A program made the position numbers and the translations under genes. DNA of 64,000 bases from Squalus acanthias (lineage: Eukaryota), in contig CM059432.1 in the NCBI GenBank assembly GCA_030390025.1, positions 121,150,001-121,214,000 of the forward strand, written 5' to 3'. The notes under the pieces were generated by a model, which ran no database searches, was not told the DNA's origin, and saw nothing but the letters and a program-made list of their open reading frames with translations. Shown here piece after piece: positions 59,630-64,000 of the stretch; position 1 is the stretch's first letter, and each line of letters opens with the position of its first letter.

Positions 59630-60960
59630 TGCCCGCAAGGCATAGCATTGAGGAATCGATCTTCAGATCTACATTCTCGCTCTTATCTGCATTCTTTGTT
59701 ACTTTATCAAAACATTCTATTAAATTGCTCTGGCATGACTTTCTGTTTGTAACTCCATGCTGGCTGCTACCAATTAGTTTACATCTCCCTAAGTCCTCCA
59801 CAACCTTGTCCTTGATAATTAATTCTAGAATTTTCCCTTGTACCAATGTGAGCCTAACTAGTCTGTAGTTACTTGGATTCCAACCCCCTTCCCCCGCCCG
59901 CTCCCCCAGATCCCTTTATAAATAAGGTCACTAACATTTGCCATTCTCCAGTTCTCTGGTACTACCCTTTTTTGTAATGAATTCCTAAGTATTTCTTATA
60001 GTGGTTCTTCCAGTTCATCCTTGAGTTCCCCAAGAACCTTGGGATAAATCCCTTCTGGCATAGGTGTCTTACCTACTCAGAACCAAGTGTCCAGCCAACA
60101 ATTGTAAATTGTATTTGCATCCCCCTCTCTGACCATATTGGAGTATTTACTTTCCTATTGCCTCTCTCCTGGCCTTTTCTCTTCGAAATATGGAAATAAA
60201 GAGCCGATTTAATTTTTCAGCTATGTCCACATCTTCACTAATCTTGACCTTTGTTTCAGAAGTCAACAGTTCTATACTCTCGTGTTTTTTCTCTTTTCCC
60301 CGATGTACTTGAACAATTTCTTGTCATTTATTTTAATTGCTTTTGCAATTATAAGTTCATATGCCTGTTTAGTTCTTTCACTGTTTTACACTACCGCACA
60401 AAGTCAAGATCTACCCTTGTGTTTTTCTTTATATTGATCCTCTGTCGCAGGCAATTTACTCTATTGTAATGTCTGCTTTATCCCTAATAGTTTTCATTAC
60501 CTTTCCTGTCATCCGGGTTGGCCTTCTTGATCCACTATTCCTCCTACAATTCCTAGTTATATGTTCTGCCACTGCTCTCGTAATTATTGTTTAAAACCTG
60601 TTCCAGTTAGCTATCACACCGCCTTTTTCTTTAGCCCTGTTTCATTCTCCTACTTGTGTGTGCATCCTCCTAAAATCTGACTTCCCAAAGTTTAATGGTC
60701 TAAAGCTACAGTTACACTTTAATTTTCGGTACCCTGCCCTGAAATTTAGGACCCTATGATCACTATTCCCCAGTTGAGCCCTCACTTTAACTCATGCTCT
60801 AATAACCCCATTATTGGTCAGCATTAGGTCAAGTAAGGTCCCACCTCTGGTATGTAGCTCCTTACTACATTGAGAAATTCCAGACTCCTTTTATTCCTAG
60901 CATTACCGAAACTCTATTCATTAAAATCTCCCATTGTTAAAACATTCCCTTTGTTGGATG
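59630..60960 (-). mobile_element. Highly decayed CR1 ORF2 fragment (APE to RT N-terminus)
   Basis: NYRLVRLTLVQGKILE...SQHGVTNRKSCQSNLIECFD; LDLM and LGNSDH motifs near 60760-60840. Confidence 0.65.
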
Positions 60961-61080
60961 TTTCCCCTCACTTCCCTGTGAAATAGCTCACTAAGTCAGC
61001 TATTTGGCCTGGTGGTCTGCAGCAATTTGCCAGTAGTATCTTGCTCCTTGTTTCCCTCATTTCTCTAACTAGAGAAACTG

Positions 61081-61211
61081 AGGGTAACTTTCAATGGATG
61101 GTGGATGCCTGTTATTGAAATCAATGGGATGACAATTGGACGTGTTCTTTAATGGGCAGGGTGCCTGCACCACCACATTACCAGCCAGGTGGTGAATTTG
61201 AAAATTACCCC
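61081..61211. mobile_element. Small palindromic MITE
   Basis: TIRs GGGTAACTTTCAA / TTGAAAATTACCC with central ATTGAAATCAAT. Confidence 0.5.
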
Positions 61212-61384
61212 CATTCAATCACCCTCAGTCTTTTTTAATGTCCTGCCTTCCCGAGACTTTTATGTTATCCTTTATATAAAATGCAACATTTCCCTCTCCC
61301 ACGCCTACATCTATCCTGTCTGAAAAGTCTATACCCTTCCAGCTTTACATCTAATGTGTGCTCCTACTCCCACCATATTGGGAA

Positions 61385-61752
61385 CATATGAATAGCAGGA
61401 GGCCATTCAGCCCCTCGAGCCTCATCCGCCATTCGATGAGATCATGGCTGATCTGTACCTCAACTCCATTTACCCGCCTTAGCTAGAAATCTATTGATCT
61501 CAGTCTTAAAAGCTCCAACTGACCCAGCATCCGCAGTATTTTTGGGGGAGCGAATTCCAGATTTCTACTACCCTTTGTGTGAAAAAGTTCTTCCTGATTT
61601 CCCTCCTAAATGGCCTAGCTTTAATTTTAAGATTATGCCCCCAAGTTCTTTATTTTCCATCAGAGGAAATAGTTTCTCTGTATCAACCCTATTGAATCCT
61701 TTTAACATTTTAAACAGCTCGATCAGCTTCCCCCTCAATCTACCATACTCAA
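61385..61752 (-). mobile_element. CR1 3' fragment
   Basis: RLRGKLIELFKMLKGFNRVDTEKLFP; 3' UTR similar to 2985-3060. Confidence 0.8.
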
Positions 61753-61964
61753 AGGACAGCAAGGACAGATTCCTGTTGTCCATATGGTATTTACATGTGT
61801 CCAATAACCCTTCTACCATTTGTGTAAACCCTCTTCCATTCATTGAACCATACCCCATTTATGTATGATTCCTTCCCTCACTGTTTGTTATTTGCCTTGC
61901 TTCTGATCATGGGAAATGAACAGCACAGCTTAATGGCAACTATGGAAAGCTACAGAAATACAAT

Positions 61965-62705
61965 GGCCCAAAAATTAGTGCCGCTACACGAGAGTACGCA
62001 CTGCGTACTCTCGCGTATTCTGTCTCCAATTGCCAGTTTTCTGCATGCACTGCGCATGCGCTGAAAACCGGCACTTGGTGAATGGAAAAGGGGGCGGTTC
62101 CTAGCTGAACCGCGTGCGCGCTACAGGCTGCGCGCATGCAGTGCACTTAGTGGTTTCAACGCGCAGGTAAGTACGGAAGATTTTACACATAAAAAAAGGA
62201 GGAGTAAGACCCACTTTTAACAAGGTAAGTAGTGAATTAAGTATTATTTTGAATTTTTTTTAACAGGTATATCTTTTTTAGAGACTTTAAAGACAGGTAA
62301 GTTTATTTTTATAACTTTTTAAAAGATTTAAAATTTTTTCAAAAATTTTATTTTTTATTTAAAATGGTTAATTTATTTAACTATACTTATTTTATTAATG
62401 TGATGGTTTTTTTTTAATTTAATTGAGGTTTAGCTGTTCTTTTGGGGGGTGTAAGATTCATAGCTTTCACAGCACTTATGTGAAAGTTATGAATGGAAGA
62501 TGGTGTGCTGCCATTGGCTCTAACTGAGTCACGTGATCCCACAGCTCGCACGAATTAACTACGCCTGTGGGATACGCAAGCCCAGCACAGCAGCTGTCCA
62601 GAACATCAAGTTCGTGCGAGCTGGAACTGAAAAAGCCAACGCGCAGTGAGAGATCGCGGGGAAGCCTTTCCCTCGCACGAAGGCTTCCTCACGAATTTTT
62701 GGGCC
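61965..62705. mobile_element. Harbinger-type MITE family B
   Basis: TIRs GGCCCAAAAATT / AATTTTTGGGCC; TSD AAT/AAT; colinear with 31845-32607. Confidence 0.88.
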
Positions 62706-63305
62706 AATGTGTGGGTAGGGGAGACTCTTCATGCCAGTAATAGTTGCGACACCGCAGAAATATGAGGTCACAGTGGAGTCCCTCGCCTTGTTACTCCTGG
62801 TGAGGTCATTGAACTTTTTCCGGCACTGAATCCAGGTTCACTGCGCAGTGCTGCTGGGATAGACTTGATCAGCCACTTCCTGCCAACCCCTCTGACCCAA
62901 CCTTCAGCTGAACTGCCAAAACTTTGGCTGGGGGGGTGGGCGGCGGAGTGGGGGGGGGGGGGTTAGGCGGCGGGGTGGAGGTGGGAAACAGGAGGATCCT
63001 CCTGTACTGCACTCACTGCAGAAAACTTTCTGCTGCCTCTCCCTCAAAGCAAAGTGCAATGCTACTGCCGTGACTGCTCCCAAATATTGCCCTCAGACTC
63101 TGCCACTGTATCAGCAGGCACCTTTTTTTAAAAAAAAAGGAGTGACCCATTTAAATTACTGGAGGCCTTTAAGAGCTACAGTAAACCATAGATTCCCATC
63201 CCCTAATGGACGAGCAGTGAATAGGGGGGTAATCCTACCTGGCACTCGCCAGCATGGCGCTAATGAGCTGAACACCAAAATATGGTAGGTTCAGCAGACT
63301 TCAAG

Positions 63306-63553
63306 TTGAGTTCATTTAAGACAGAGATAAGGAAGAATTTCTTCTTTCAGAGGGTCGTGAATCTTTGGAATTCTCTACCCCAGAGAGCTGTGGAGGCGGA
63401 GTCATTGAATATATTCAAGACGGAGATTGACAGACATTTGAACTACAAGGAAGTCAAGGGGTATGGGGAGAAAGCGGGAAAGTGGTGTTGAGGCCAAGAT
63501 TGGATCAAGGGGCCGATTGGCTTACTCCTGCTCCTGTTTCTTATGTTCTTATG
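63306..63553 (+). mobile_element. CR1 3' fragment
   Basis: FKTEIRKNFFFQRVVNLWNSLPQRAVEA; TTCTTATG tail. Confidence 0.88.
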
Positions 63554-63774
63554 CACCACCTCATTTACACTGGAGCAACTGGTCAGTACTAAAAGTGGGG
63601 CGACAGACTTCAGCTGGAAGAAGTAAACAGCTCCTTTTGTTTATATGGTTTGCAACCTATGCAACTTATTGACCATAAATGTTATTCCTAATAGTTCTTC
63701 AAGTTTGACAACTCTGGCTAATGTAATGAATATCTAATCCGAAAATATTATAAATACATCATTGTGTAAGTTAC

Positions 63775-63797
63775 CAGCTCCATTCCCTGTCCTTCAG
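63775..63797 (-). other. Candidate 23-bp micro-exon
   Basis: Strong acceptor TTTTCATTTTCTTTTATAATTTCAG, donor GTAACT; phase-compatible with 57032-57180. Confidence 0.3.
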
Positions 63798-64000
63798 CTG
63801 AAATTATAAAAGAAAATGAAAAATTGCTTCCACTATAACGTATCAAGAGCAATTCAACAAGATGAATGCATTTCAAAAGTGCTCACAGAAAACTCAAATA
63901 TTTTCCTCCCAACATCATTGTCTGATATACAATCATATCTAGAATAGGGCTTTAAAATGCGCTATATCAAAAAAAAAATCAATGGATGGAAAACCAGACA

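Overview
This is repeat-dense vertebrate DNA, very probably from a shark. That inference rests on an HE1/V-SINE, DeuSINE-type SINEs, shark-type CR1/L2 LINE tails and Penelope fragments. It looks intronic or intergenic, and no host gene can be named; two candidate minus-strand exons lie at 57032-57180 and 63775-63797. Main content: (i) many PIF/Harbinger DNA transposons, including one structurally complete but mutated copy (10310-19042, transposase plus convergent Myb/SANT gene), decayed copies and several MITE families with 3-bp TSDs; (ii) two full-length Ty3/Gypsy LTR retrotransposons, a Mag-like one (10506-15078, minus) and a CsRN1-like one (43584-48821, plus, with an open 1095-codon pol frame); (iii) a 1.71-kb solo LTR (53794-55504); (iv) five copies of a CR1-group LINE with no visible ORF1, whose 5' end is a tRNA-derived SINE-like head and whose coding sense strand lacks Pol III terminator runs, which is the most unusual observation here; (v) CR1 and L2 fragments, SINEs, and Penelope-type fragments with a hammerhead-ribozyme-like core. 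Insertions are nested three and four levels deep. All alignments and counts were done by eye, and family names come from recalled motifs, not database searches.
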